Notes under the pieces: generated by a model | Seen by the model: only the letters and a program-made list of their open reading frames with translations | Told to the model about the DNA's origin: nothing | Database searches by the model: none | Source of the DNA: Acidobacteriota bacterium | Lineage (GTDB): Bacteria; Acidobacteriota; UBA890; WLXD01 | DNA: 64,000 bases | Assembly (NCBI GenBank): GCA_965248695.1 | Contig: CBDFKD010000002.1 | Location: 2,816,001-2,880,000, forward strand | Direction of reading: 5' to 3' | Translations under genes and position numbers: made by a program | Part shown: positions 20,717-30,535 of the stretch, one piece after another | How positions within the stretch are numbered: the first letter of the stretch is position 1 | Layout: each line of letters starts with the position of its first letter

Positions 20717-21142
20717 GCCCCAATAGCAACCGAATCCGTGACCCTACAGCTGTTCCTGAGCGATTCCGCGAATCGCCGCCTGGTGCCGCGTATCCAGCGC
20801 CTCGACGCACCGCTGACGCTGGCGGCCAAGGCTCAGCTGGCAATTGAGCAGCTGATCGACACGCCGGGCTCACCGCTGCCCCGCGGAACCGAAGTGCGCG
20901 AAGTCTGGGTATCGACGGCGGGCATCGCCTACGTCGACTTCGGCGCCAATCTACCGATCTCGATGCGCAAGGGAAGCCTGGCGGAGATCCACGCCGTCTA
21001 TGGGGTCGTAGGCACGTTGACGACCTCGTTCCCGCAAATAAGGGCGGTGCAGTTCCTCATCGACGGCAGCAGCGTGGACACGCTCACCGGCCATTTTGAC
21101 CTCGCCGGGCCGATCCTCCCCCACCGCGATTGGCTCTACTAG
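20717..21142 (+). pseudogene. GerMN-domain protein, 5'-truncated by the IS
   Basis: TLQLF...SPLPRGTEVR...AYVDF...VQFLIDG...TLTGHFDL; no signal or TM N-terminus. Confidence 0.8.
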
Positions 21143-21416
21143 TGGCCAGTAACAGATGATCGTTGCATATCGCAGATGGGATTTGCGGGTGAGATCAAGG
21201 CGCGGCGAGGATGTCGATGCAGTGGGCATCGTCGACGAGGCGCAACGCCGATATCGCCCGCAACCGCCCATCTGTCCGGAGGATGGCGGCGAAATCGGCC
21301 CGTCTGCGGCGTTGCTCCTCCTCCAAGATGGGCAAACATCGTCTCGTCGTCGCGCCTGGCATCCGGACCCATTTCGCCACCACGATATGCAACGATCATC
21401 TGTTACAGGCCACTAG
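21139..21416. mobile_element. MITE-like non-autonomous element
   Basis: 34-bp inverted repeat CTAGTGGCCWGTAACAGATGATCGTTGCATATCG with one mismatch and CTAG at both ends; no transposase. Confidence 0.85.
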
Positions 21417-21465
21417 GGCGTGCCGCGGGGTCCTGCGCGAAGCCCGCTACCTCGAAGCTGGCGCG

Positions 21466-22110
21466 ATGAGCGGCGCGGCGGCGCCGCCAGGCAACAGCGC
21501 ACGCATCGAGCTGCTCATCGGCACCCACAACCGCGCCAAGGTCGAGGAGATCGCTGCGCTGCTCGCGGCGGTGCCTTGGCGGTGCCGCGCACTGCCGGAG
21601 GGAGCTGACGAGTACCCCGAGAGCGGCGACACGTTCGCCGAGAACGCCCAAGGCAAGGCGCTGTACTACGCCCGGCTGACCGGGTCGGTCACGCTCGCCG
21701 ACGACTCGGGTCTGGAGATCGACGCCCTGGACGGCGAGCCGGGAGTCTACTCCGCCCGATACATCGATCCGGAGTTGTCGCAGCGGCAACGTAATCTCGC
21801 CGTGCTCGAACGCCTTGCCGGTGTTGCCGAGACGGACCGCAGTGCGCAGTTTGTATGCCATGTCGTGCTGGCGCGCCCGGATGCCCTGATATGCGAGCGC
21901 CACGGCGTCTGCACCGGCCGCATCACACGTCAGCCGCACGGCGAAGGAGGGTTCGGATATGACCCGATCTTTCGGGGCACGGGCGATACACGCACTTTTG
22001 CGCAGCTGACACGCGAGGAAAAGTCACAGCGCTCACATCGCGGCAAGGCCATCGCTGCGATGATCGAGTTCCTGCAAGGCTGGACCCCGGATTCGGAGTC
22101 CGGCTCATAG
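21466..22110 (+). CDS. rdgB: Non-canonical purine NTP pyrophosphatase RdgB/HAM1
   Basis: THNRAK, ENAQGKA, ADDSGL, PGVYSAR, GFGYDPIF and SHRGKA motifs. Confidence 0.95.
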   Translation: MSGAAAPPGNSARIELLIGTHNRAKVEEIAALLAAVPWRCRALPEGADEYPESGDTFAENAQGKALYYARLTGSVTLADDSGLEIDALDGEPGVYSARYIDPELSQRQRNLAVLERLAGVAETDRSAQFVCHVVLARPDALICERHGVCTGRITRQPHGEGGFGYDPIFRGTGDTRTFAQLTREEKSQRSHRGKAIAAMIEFLQGWTPDSESGS

Positions 22111-22154
22111 CACGAAGCAACTCGTCGCGGCGTTGTATCCTGAGCGCTGCACGA

Positions 22155-22228
22155 CGGGGTGTGGCGCAGCTTGGAAGCGCACCTGCTTTGGGAGCAGGGG
22201 GCCGGAGGTTCAAATCCTCTCACCCCGA
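22155..22228 (+). tRNA. tRNA-Pro (TGG)
   Basis: CGGGGTG/CACCCCG acceptor stem, CCTGC-TTTGGGA-GCAGG anticodon arm and GGTTCAAATCC T-arm; CCA is not encoded. Confidence 0.95.
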
Positions 22229-22459
22229 CTTGGTTAAGGCCTTACGCACCAACAGGTTGCGCTCATCGGGTTATCAGATCCGGTGAGCGCGATTTGCTTT
22301 GGGAGGTTCTCGGGGGGGGCTCGTGTCTCAATAAGGGGGGCTGATTCCCGAAAAACAGGGGGGTATGGCTGATCGGGAGCGAGCGCCGTCCAATCGCGGC
22401 CGTTTCGGGCGATTCTCCGACAAAGCGGCGTCGAGAAGGTGTGAATCATCGCGTAATCG

Positions 22460-22514
22460 AGAGCGAGGGCCTGAAGAGCCCTGCGTCGGTGGTTCAATTC
22501 CGCCCGAGCCCACC
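22460..22514 (+). pseudogene. 3' fragment of tRNA-Phe (GAA), att-core-like
   Basis: AGGGC-CTGAAGA-GCCCT arm, GGTTCAATTCC T-arm and GAGCCCACC end; no 5' acceptor strand or D-arm. Confidence 0.8.
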
Positions 22515-22809
22515 TCAATATTCCCCGATTTTCATAGCTATTCCGGGGTTTTCTCGCTGCCCGTGCGCGCGACACCCTTTTCGCTATACGGGGTCATATT
22601 TGCCCACAATGCGCACCAAGTGGCACCAGATCGGCACCACACCACGTTAGGGATGTGCTTTCGGTGAGTGAGAAACCGTTGAGCGACAGCGCGCGGATCG
22701 GGGAAGAACCGAGCCAGACGGCGCTACGGGTCCGTCGGCACGAGCCGGTTTAGCTCGTCCAGTGACTCCCGCTTGAGACTCACCCGTCATCGCCTCGTCT
22801 CGACATAAG

Positions 22810-22827
22810 TCATGATCTATATCATGA
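22810..22827. promoter_or_regulatory. Operator-like palindrome TCATGAT-N4-ATCATGA upstream of the TA pair
   Basis: Perfect 7-bp IR in an AT-rich patch, with TTGACA on the minus strand nearby. Confidence 0.5.
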
Positions 22828-22906
22828 TATGGCTGTCAAGTCACCACCTAGGGGCTAGGAGGCTCGCCATGGAAAGACCCGCAAAGACAGCAAGAGGACA
22901 TCCGTC

Positions 22907-23353
22907 GTGGCTACGAACTTCGTGCGGCTCGTCCGAACGAGTCAGACAGATACCATAACCAGCGGGCCTAACGGTCGCTTCCACGCCAGGCAGCCAACAA
23001 GCTACTTGGCAGACACGATTGAAACAGCAAGACAGGAGATAGCAGCGAGGCTCGGTCTTCGTAGAATCAAGCTCGGCGGGTTTCAGACAATTCACGTTGA
23101 CCTTGTCGGGCTAGACCTCGTGGATTTGACTGATGCCGACACGCGGAAACGATACGGGGCGTCGAGTGCAGACCTCACGGCTGTGCCGCCACCCCGAGCC
23201 TGTCAGGAGCTTGGTGCTCGACTTCGTTCGGAAGGTTACGACGGAGCGATCTACGAATCGGCCCGTGTTCGCGGCGCGCGGTGCGTGGTGCTGTTTCTCG
23301 AGAATGCTGGCGATCGACTCAGGGTAGAGAAGACCCACAAGAAACCGCCCTAG
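22907..23353 (+). CDS. RES-domain protein (putative NAD+-targeting toxin)
   Basis: R, GRF, TARQE, LVDLT, CQELG..LR..GYDGAIYESAR...CVVLF. Confidence 0.8.
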   Translation: MATNFVRLVRTSQTDTITSGPNGRFHARQPTSYLADTIETARQEIAARLGLRRIKLGGFQTIHVDLVGLDLVDLTDADTRKRYGASSADLTAVPPPRACQELGARLRSEGYDGAIYESARVRGARCVVLFLENAGDRLRVEKTHKKPP

Positions 23354-23372
23354 GGCGGCAAAATGAGATCTT

Positions 23373-23768
23373 ATGGCGAATACTCAGCGTGTGGAGATGA
23401 AACGCCGCGGAAGGCATTGGCCTACGTTGGTCCGAGGGCTACGGCAAGACCTTTCGGGCGATACCGACCGGCCGCTGTCGCGGGCACGGTTCGCGCAGCT
23501 GCTGGGTGTGACGGAGCGCACTGTGGTTCGATGGGAGCAGGATGGTACGCGGCCTCCCATCGGCCGCAACGCGAAGACGCTCGCTCACATGGCCGAAGTC
23601 ATCGACGCACTCGGTGACATGATCTACGAGGAGGACCGGCTCGCGTTCTTCGCTGAGCCTCATCCGCTGCTATTGAATCTGCCGCCCATCGTGCTGTTAG
23701 GCCATGACACGGGCGCGAAGAGGGTCATGGAGCAGGTCGAGGCGGCAGCTACAGGTACGTTCGGATAG
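23373..23768 (+). CDS. Xre-HTH / MbcA-ParS-type antitoxin
   Basis: LSRARFAQLLGVTERTVVRWE HTH and C-terminal FFAEPHPLLLNLPPIVLL...GAKRV. Confidence 0.75.
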   Translation: MANTQRVEMKRRGRHWPTLVRGLRQDLSGDTDRPLSRARFAQLLGVTERTVVRWEQDGTRPPIGRNAKTLAHMAEVIDALGDMIYEEDRLAFFAEPHPLLLNLPPIVLLGHDTGAKRVMEQVEAAATGTFG

Positions 23769-23926
23769 TCAGCGCATCTCGGCGACGCGGTGCGTGACTA
23801 TCGAAACCTCTCGCATGCGGGGCTGGAGGTGCGGCGCCAGATGACGTTCGGCAGAGAGGAAGCGAGAATCGCTGTGGACGTAGTGAATTTGGTCCAGCGT
23901 GACCTCAGCGAAGCGGCAAACGGCCA

Positions 23927-24438
23927 ATGCTGAAGAGCCTTGCTGAGGCTCTTGCGACTTTCTTTCAGAACCTCACCCTCACCCGACTGGTCGTAGTCCT
24001 GGTTGGTGTCGTGATATCGCTCTCGGCTGTGCTGTTCGCTGGCGATGCGGTGACTGGCTATTCCTTTTTCTGGACACTCAATCAGAAGACTGAATCCCTG
24101 CTCAGACTTCATGACACAGCGGAGCGCTTGGGCTTGGAGAGGTCCGGTGAGTTGGAGGAGATCTATCGGTCCTTGGTTGATGACCTGATGACACACGACG
24201 TACAGCCGTCCGTCGGCGCAGGGTTTTTCTCAAGAATCCCGTTCGCCGTCTATTACCCGCAAGATGGGATGGAAGTCACGGGCAAGGCGCTAAGCGCGTT
24301 GGTACTTCCGATCTTGTTCGTATTGGCGGCCTTGTTCAGGGTTGGGAAGGCGAAGATTGAAAAGAAGACGGTTTTCGGTCTGCTCGTGTTCTCTGCTGCG
24401 GCGGCAATCGTTGCGGTCCTGATCCCCACCATCATCGA
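23927..24438 (+). pseudogene. Membrane protein truncated by IS256
   Basis: Several hydrophobic helices; the ORF runs into the IS end. Confidence 0.55.
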
Positions 24439-25801
24439 GGATGTGCCCCGAATGTCGTGGAAATTGGATGAGCGTCTCCTCCGCGACGACGGATGATCCT
24501 ATCGGTTAGGCGGCCTGTTTGTCGGGGCCGCACGTGAGCTGAGCCAAGAACCGGTGGCCATCGATGCGTCGCATGCGGATCTGGCCGAAGGCGACCAGGC
24601 TCCACAGCAACGTCACCCCAGCGGCCTCGGTCGAGAACGAGCCCTGCGTCTTGGTACGACGACGGAACTCCCGGTTCAGGTTCTCGAGGGCGTTGGTGGT
24701 GCGCAGCGTCTTCCACATCGGCTTCGGGAACTGGTAGAAAGTCAGCAGGTTCAAGCCGGCCTCCTGCAGGCTCCGGGCCACGGCGGGCACGAGGGTCGAC
24801 CACTTGCGTACGAAGGCGGCGTAGGCGGCTCTGGCCTGGTTGCCGTCATCGGCCCGGACGATCGCATCCCAGTCCCGCTTCATCTCCGCACGTGCATGAA
24901 CCGGGCAGTGGTCGCGTAAGTTGCTCCACTTGTGTTGTGTGCACCGCTGCACCGACACATCGGGCCATACCTCGATCGCCTTGGCCAGGCCCTTGTGGCC
25001 GTCGGCGATCAGCACCTCCGGCGCCTGCAGCCCTCGTCTCACCAGCGACTCGATCAGTCCTTGCCAGTGCACCGCTGCCTCCGAGACCGCCAACTGCAAC
25101 GCTACCAACACCTTCTGGCCGTCGGGCTGGACCCCGAGCACCGCCAGTACCGGCGCCGACACGACCCGCCTCGCCAGCCTGACCTTCAGATGGAACCCGT
25201 CCAAATACAGGATCCAGTACCGCTCGCCTGACACATCTCGCTGTCTCCAGCGCTCGAAGTACGCCTTCAGGCGCCCCACCACCCTGGAGATCGTGCTCTT
25301 GGTCAGGTGCGCCTTGCCCAGCAGCGGAGAGAGCGCCTTGCGGATCCGCCGGGTGTTGGCTCCCGCCAGGTATGCTCCCAGGATCGCCTCGTCCACCTGC
25401 CGGGCTCGCCGTGCGTACCGTGGCAGGATCGCGCTGCGGAACTCTCGGGTGCTGCCGTCTTGCCCCACGATGCGCCCCCGCGGTATGTCCAGCTCCTGGA
25501 GCCCTTGGGCTGTCGTCACCCGACGCCTTTGGCTGCCGTTGCGGTAGCCTCGCCGCTGCCCGTTGCGCTCGTATCGGTCGCAACCCAGCGCCTCGGTGAG
25601 CTCCTCGTCAAGCGTCATCTGGATCGCCTCGCGGATCCTGGTGCGCAACAGCGCCTGTACGTCCTGCCGGAACTCGACGAGCCCGGTTCCCTCCGTGCTA
25701 ACCTGCTTCACGGCGTAGCCTCCTGCCGCTCGTGGCGGCTTTGTGTTTTTCCTACTCGGAGGTTACGCCATCTTTATTTCCACAGGACTCGGGCCGGATC
25801 C
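24439..25801 (-). mobile_element. IS256-family element
   Basis: IRs GGATGTGCCCCGAATGTCGTGGAAAT and ATTTCCACAGGACTCGGGCCGGATCC; no target duplication. Confidence 0.9.
24506..25711 (-). CDS. IS256 transposase
   Basis: GYRNG, LYLDG, IADGHKGL, QRCTQHK and RTTNALENLNREFRRR motifs. Confidence 0.93.
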   Translation of the reverse strand: MKQVSTEGTGLVEFRQDVQALLRTRIREAIQMTLDEELTEALGCDRYERNGQRRGYRNGSQRRRVTTAQGLQELDIPRGRIVGQDGSTREFRSAILPRYARRARQVDEAILGAYLAGANTRRIRKALSPLLGKAHLTKSTISRVVGRLKAYFERWRQRDVSGERYWILYLDGFHLKVRLARRVVSAPVLAVLGVQPDGQKVLVALQLAVSEAAVHWQGLIESLVRRGLQAPEVLIADGHKGLAKAIEVWPDVSVQRCTQHKWSNLRDHCPVHARAEMKRDWDAIVRADDGNQARAAYAAFVRKWSTLVPAVARSLQEAGLNLLTFYQFPKPMWKTLRTTNALENLNREFRRRTKTQGSFSTEAAGVTLLWSLVAFGQIRMRRIDGHRFLAQLTCGPDKQAA

Positions 25802-25986
25802 GTCGTTCGGGAAACCCGTAGTGCGGGCCTGGATCACAATGGTGCAATCCTCGCCGAGCGCATCGCTATCCACTGACAAGGGGCGGGACGACTTGGATTG
25901 CGCTGCCCAGCCAGACAACAGTCCGCAGGTGGCGATGAGTGCGACTGTCCGGACCAAGTGTCCCCGGTTACGCGCAGTTTGGATCC

Positions 25987-26550
25987 TCATGACAGCCGTA
26001 TCTCGAAGATCGCCCACGCCCCGAGCTTCTTCTTGTTCGGCGCTCGTACGAACCTGCCACTGTCTGTGGCGAAAGCCACGTAATGGAAATCCACGGACGG
26101 TAGGATGTCCACAGTGGTGCTGATCTGAATAATCGTGGTGCCGTCTGAAGTCGTGCTGATCGTGACCGGGCCAAAGAGGCTGAAGAATCCGCCCCCGGAC
26201 GGGATGCAAAGGGCTGTCACTTCGGCGTCGACTCCGAGGTACTTGCCGAGCCGGTTCGGCTTGCGGAATCCGGTGGTTTGGTCTTTGTCCGAGTCGATGA
26301 GGATTCCGTAGGCGAGATTCGTCACGGGGCCGGAGCAGTCGGGGGCCTCCGCCACCTCGATACGAATATCTACCCCGCGTCCTACGACCTTGCCCCATTT
26401 AAACTTGCCGGTCTCGACGAGTTGCGCCGAGATGATGTCCAGGTGCCCGGTCCGGGGGGCGGTCCCGTAGACAGGGGTGGCAAGCAGGACGCCCAGCAAG
26501 GCGATCCGCAGTCGGCGGGCGATCGTGGCGATCCTAGAGCGGTCGGTCAT
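25987..26550 (-). CDS. Hypothetical secreted protein
   Basis: GAGG RBS, signal peptide and a DSDKDQTTG loop. Confidence 0.6.
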   Translation of the reverse strand: MTDRSRIATIARRLRIALLGVLLATPVYGTAPRTGHLDIISAQLVETGKFKWGKVVGRGVDIRIEVAEAPDCSGPVTNLAYGILIDSDKDQTTGFRKPNRLGKYLGVDAEVTALCIPSGGGFFSLFGPVTISTTSDGTTIIQISTTVDILPSVDFHYVAFATDSGRFVRAPNKKKLGAWAIFEIRLS

Positions 26551-26884
26551 GGATCCCTCAGAGGGTTTGCGAAGTCGGACGGGTGTCCGGTGCTCGAGAC
26601 GCTACAGGTCGAATCCCTGATGAACAATAGGTGCCGCCTCTAGCAAGAGAGCGTCCCGGAGGGATCCGATGAACGTCTATGCGGCTATCGTCCTCGAGTG
26701 GGTTCGTCCGACGAGCACAGCAAACAGCAGGACATCCCAGGTGATCGCCGCCGGTACAGCAAACGTCGGGATAAGCCACGTAGCTCCGACAGTCTCCCGC
26801 TTGCGCTTCCCCTTGCACTTCGACAAGAGGCTTGGCATGATTGTCTCTTGTCGAAGCAGAAGGGGAACGAGCCGGGGAATGACA

Positions 26885-27217
26885 ATGACCGATGACGCGC
26901 CAGACCTCCCGCAGGGAACTCTCGATCTGTTGATCCTGAAGACCGTCGCGTTGCAGGCCACACACGGCTGGGCGGTGGCGCAGCGCATCCAGCAGCTATC
27001 GAGCGATGTGCTGCAGGTTCGCCAGGGGTCGCTGTATCCGGCGCTGCATCGGCTCGAGCACCGGGGGCTGATCCGGGCGCACTGGGGTACTTCGGACAAC
27101 AATCGTAAGGCGCGCTTCTACGAGCTCAGCGCCGCTGGGCGGCGCCATCTGGAGAATCAGATGCGGCAGTGGGGCCGGCTGACGACGGCCGTCGCCCAGG
27201 TGCTCGAGGCGAGCTGA
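26885..27217 (+). CDS. PadR-family regulator (acidobacterial type)
   Basis: QGTLDLLILK, HGWAVAQRI, GSLYPALHRLE and NNRKARFY motifs. Confidence 0.93.
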   Translation: MTDDAPDLPQGTLDLLILKTVALQATHGWAVAQRIQQLSSDVLQVRQGSLYPALHRLEHRGLIRAHWGTSDNNRKARFYELSAAGRRHLENQMRQWGRLTTAVAQVLEAS

Positions 27218-27221
27218 GAGC

Positions 27222-29919
27222 ATGCGGCGACTCGGTTCCTGGCTGCGGGCGATGGTCTTTCGACGCCACCATCGTGACGAGATCGATGCGGAGCTGCGAT
27301 CGCATCTGCACGAGGAAGTGGAGTCGCTGGTGGGTTCGGGAGTCGCTCGGTCAGAGGCTGAACGTCGAGCGCGGGCCCAGTTCGGCAACCTGAAGGCGAT
27401 ACAGGAGGAATGCCGCGAGGCCCGCGGCACGCGGATTGCGGACGTCACCGTCCAGGATCTGCGCCACGGGCTGCGCATTCTGCGGCGCTATCCGGCCTTC
27501 TCGCTGACCGCGGTTCTCACCCTGGCACTGACGGTGGGTGCGGTGTCGACGGTGCTCACGGTGCTCAGCACGTTCTACTTCCAGCGCTGGAACGTGCAGC
27601 ACCCGAAGCAGATCGTCGAGGTGCAGGCGACGCGCAACGAGGGCACCCGTATCGCCCCGGTTTCCTGGGCCGAGTACGTCCATTTTCGCGACGCCACGCG
27701 CACGCTGCAGAATCTGGCTGCCGCCTACACCACGGCGCCGTTGCACATCACCACCGACGACGATGCCTTCGACCTCACCGGCGCGGCGGTGTCGGCCAAC
27801 CTGTTCCCGATGCTCGGTCTGGAGCCGGCGGCGGGGCGGTTCTTCCGCGCCGAGGAGGACTCCATTCCGGGCCGCGACCCGGTGGCGGTGATCAGCCACG
27901 AATTCTGGCGCCGCTGGTACGGGGGTGAGCCTGGCGCGATGGGCGCCACCTTGGTGATCAACGGCACCGGATTCGAGGTGATCGGCCTAGTGCCAGCGGC
28001 GTTCACCGGCTTCGATGCGGCGCCGGTGCAGATCTACATGCCCACCATGATGCTCGGGGTGGGCTACCGGTGGTGCTCGGTTCTGGAGGATATCGACTGC
28101 ACCATCCTGCAGATGTTCGGTCGGCTCGCCGATGGGGCCTCGGCCGCCACCGTGGAGGCGGAGATGCAGTCGCTGCATCCGACCCACTGGGCCGCTGCGG
28201 AACGCGGCGACAACTCGGGCACCGCCGTGCGCCAGGTGCGTGGCATGTACCAGAGCGGCGTGGATGAGCAGTTCATGAGCCTGCTGATGATCGTCGCCGG
28301 TGTCCTCTTCCTGGTGTGCTGTGCCAACCTGGCGGGTCTGCTGATTTCCCGTGGTCGGGCACGGACAGCGGAGCTGGCGCTCCGCGCATCGCTCGGAGCT
28401 TCGCGTCGCCGATTGGTGCGCCAGTTGTTGACCGAGGCCTTGGTGCTTGCGACCGTCGGCGGCGGTCTCGGCGTGTTGCTGTCGGTGCTGTTGACGCGCC
28501 TGCTGCAGGCCCGGTTCTACCTGCTCGACAGCTCCGGGCGGCCGCTGGTCTACGACTTCGGGCTGCGGCCAGAGATCGTAGGTGCGACGTTCCTCGTCGC
28601 GCTGGTCGCCGGCTTGCTGTTCGTATTGCTGCCAGCGTGGGGGCTGGTGCGCCGGACGGTCACCCTGGAGCGGGTGGCGTCGGCCGGCCGAACGTCGGCG
28701 CCGGTGCATCGCTGGCTGTTGGGTTTGCAGGCGGCGAGTGCGGTCGCGCTGGTGGTGCTCGCTTCGCTGCTCTCGGTGAGCGTTGGCGCGCGGGCACGCG
28801 AGGCCAACATCGAGCCTTCCCGAGTGGCGCTCCTTCGGTTGCGTCCGCGGCTCATGGAGTACTCGCCCGAACAGGCGCAGCGCTATCTGCGAGACGCGGT
28901 TGATCGCCTCGAGGCGTTGCCTGGAGTGGAGTCGGTGAGCGCCGTCGGTACAGGGATCGCCCTGATGGGCTTTGTCGCCGATGTCAGCGTCTCTGGCACA
29001 GCCTCGGAGGGCAGCGGCACCGAGGGCAGCGCCACCGAAGGCAACGCCACCGGGGACAATGCCGCTGAGGCACCGACGGCGGCGACGCGCGTGGGGTATA
29101 TCGAGATCGGCCCGCGCTACTTCGAGACCCTCGGCACCCCGGTGCTCCGCGGGCCGCGAGTTCGGCATCGACGACGACACCACGAGCTCACCGGTGGCGG
29201 TGGTCAGCGTGGCGCTCGCACGGCAGCTGTGGACCGATCGCGATCCGCTAGGCGCCGCGATTCGGGTCAACGACGTCGAGCACCAAGTGGTCGGGGTGGT
29301 GGCGGACGTACCGCTGCAGGGGCGCGGTGAACCATCGCGGCCGTACGTGTTCGTTCCCTTCTGGCAGAACCCCGAGCGGGTCGACGCCCGGCTGCAAGTA
29401 CGCGTCGACGGCAACCCGGAGACGATGCTCCCGACGCTGGTGCGCGAGGTTCGACAGGTCGACCCGCGGGTGCCGGTATCGGAGACCATCACCATGGAGT
29501 GGCGTCTGGCGGGTTTGTTTCGACCACTGCGTATGGGCGCCGCCACGGTTTCCTACGCCGGCGGCCTGACCGTCATGCTCAGCGCGCTGGGTCTGTACGC
29601 TTCGCTCGCTGCCGCCGTTGCCCGGCGGACCAAGGAGATCGGCATCCGTCAGGCGATTGGCGCCTCAGCCACCGGAATCCACGCCATGGTCGCCCGCGAG
29701 GGCATGCGCGTGATCCTGATCGGTGTTGTCGCCGGAGCCGGGCTGGCGCTGGCGAGCGCGCGAGTCTTCCGGCACCTGTTGTACGGAGCCGCGTCGGGTG
29801 ATGCGATCTACTACGTGCTGGCCGGCACCCTGGTCACGATCGTCGGTCTGTTGGCATGTTTCCTGCCCGCCAGGCGTGCCGCTCGCATAGCACCGATGAA
29901 GGCTCTGCGGGCCGACTGA
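27222..29919 (+). pseudogene. ADOP-family (MacB-like duplicated) permease, frameshifted near 29150
   Basis: Permease prefix domain, CANLAGLL..R..E.A.R.SLGA and YFETLG.P, then GREF...RTKEIGIRQAIGA...PARRAARI in a second frame. Confidence 0.85.
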
Positions 29920-30314
29920 TCTGGAGGGCAGCTATCACGGACGAAGCGCTCGGTACCGTAGGATCCCTCGCGCTAGTGGGGGCCGCCCGAGACGATCGGC
30001 GTCTGTTGGCGTCGCCCCACCGGCGGAAGTCTCGAGGAGGGGTGCTCGACACCTCGCAACGATGGGTCGCGCGGCCATGTCTCTTACCGCCGGCCCTACG
30101 GCACAATAAGCGACTGCTCGTGGAGCGCCCTGCATCGTTGTTTATGCCGGACCCTTGCAACCAGAAAAGCCTACGAAACGGCAGCTGGCCACCTCGAAGG
30201 GTGTCGCGCCGCTGCTGCCCCTGTCTTGGTCTCTGATCGTAAAAGGGACCCTTCGGCCGTTTCATGTGTAGTGGGATGGGCACGGCGCAAATTCTGACGG
30301 GAGGCAATCGGTGA

Positions 30315-30535
30315 TGACCTGCCCCCCAATAATCGGGCCAGTCTGAGAGTTAGGATTTGAGGCTCTCAGGATGGCTCGGGAAGGGGGAAGAATGGCGCGG
30401 AAGCGGTACACTGTAGAGCAGATCATCGCCAAGCTCAGGGAGGCAGAGATCGAGCTAGCGAAAGGGGCCAAGACACCGGAGGCATGCCGCAAGCTGGGAA
30501 TCAGCGAGAACACGTATTACCGGTGGCGCAAGGAG
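30315..30535 (+). mobile_element. Truncated left end of IS3 element A (same sequence as 612..832)
   Basis: Matches element A up to ...CGCAAGGAG and then abuts element B. Confidence 0.95.

Noticed and set aside
22441-22514. Complete tRNA-Phe
   Set aside because: No 5' GGGCTC strand to pair with GAGCCC and no D-arm, so it is treated as a fragment.
29920-30314. Riboswitch or ncRNA in the intergenic region
   Set aside because: No recognisable conserved motif; an Rfam search would be needed.
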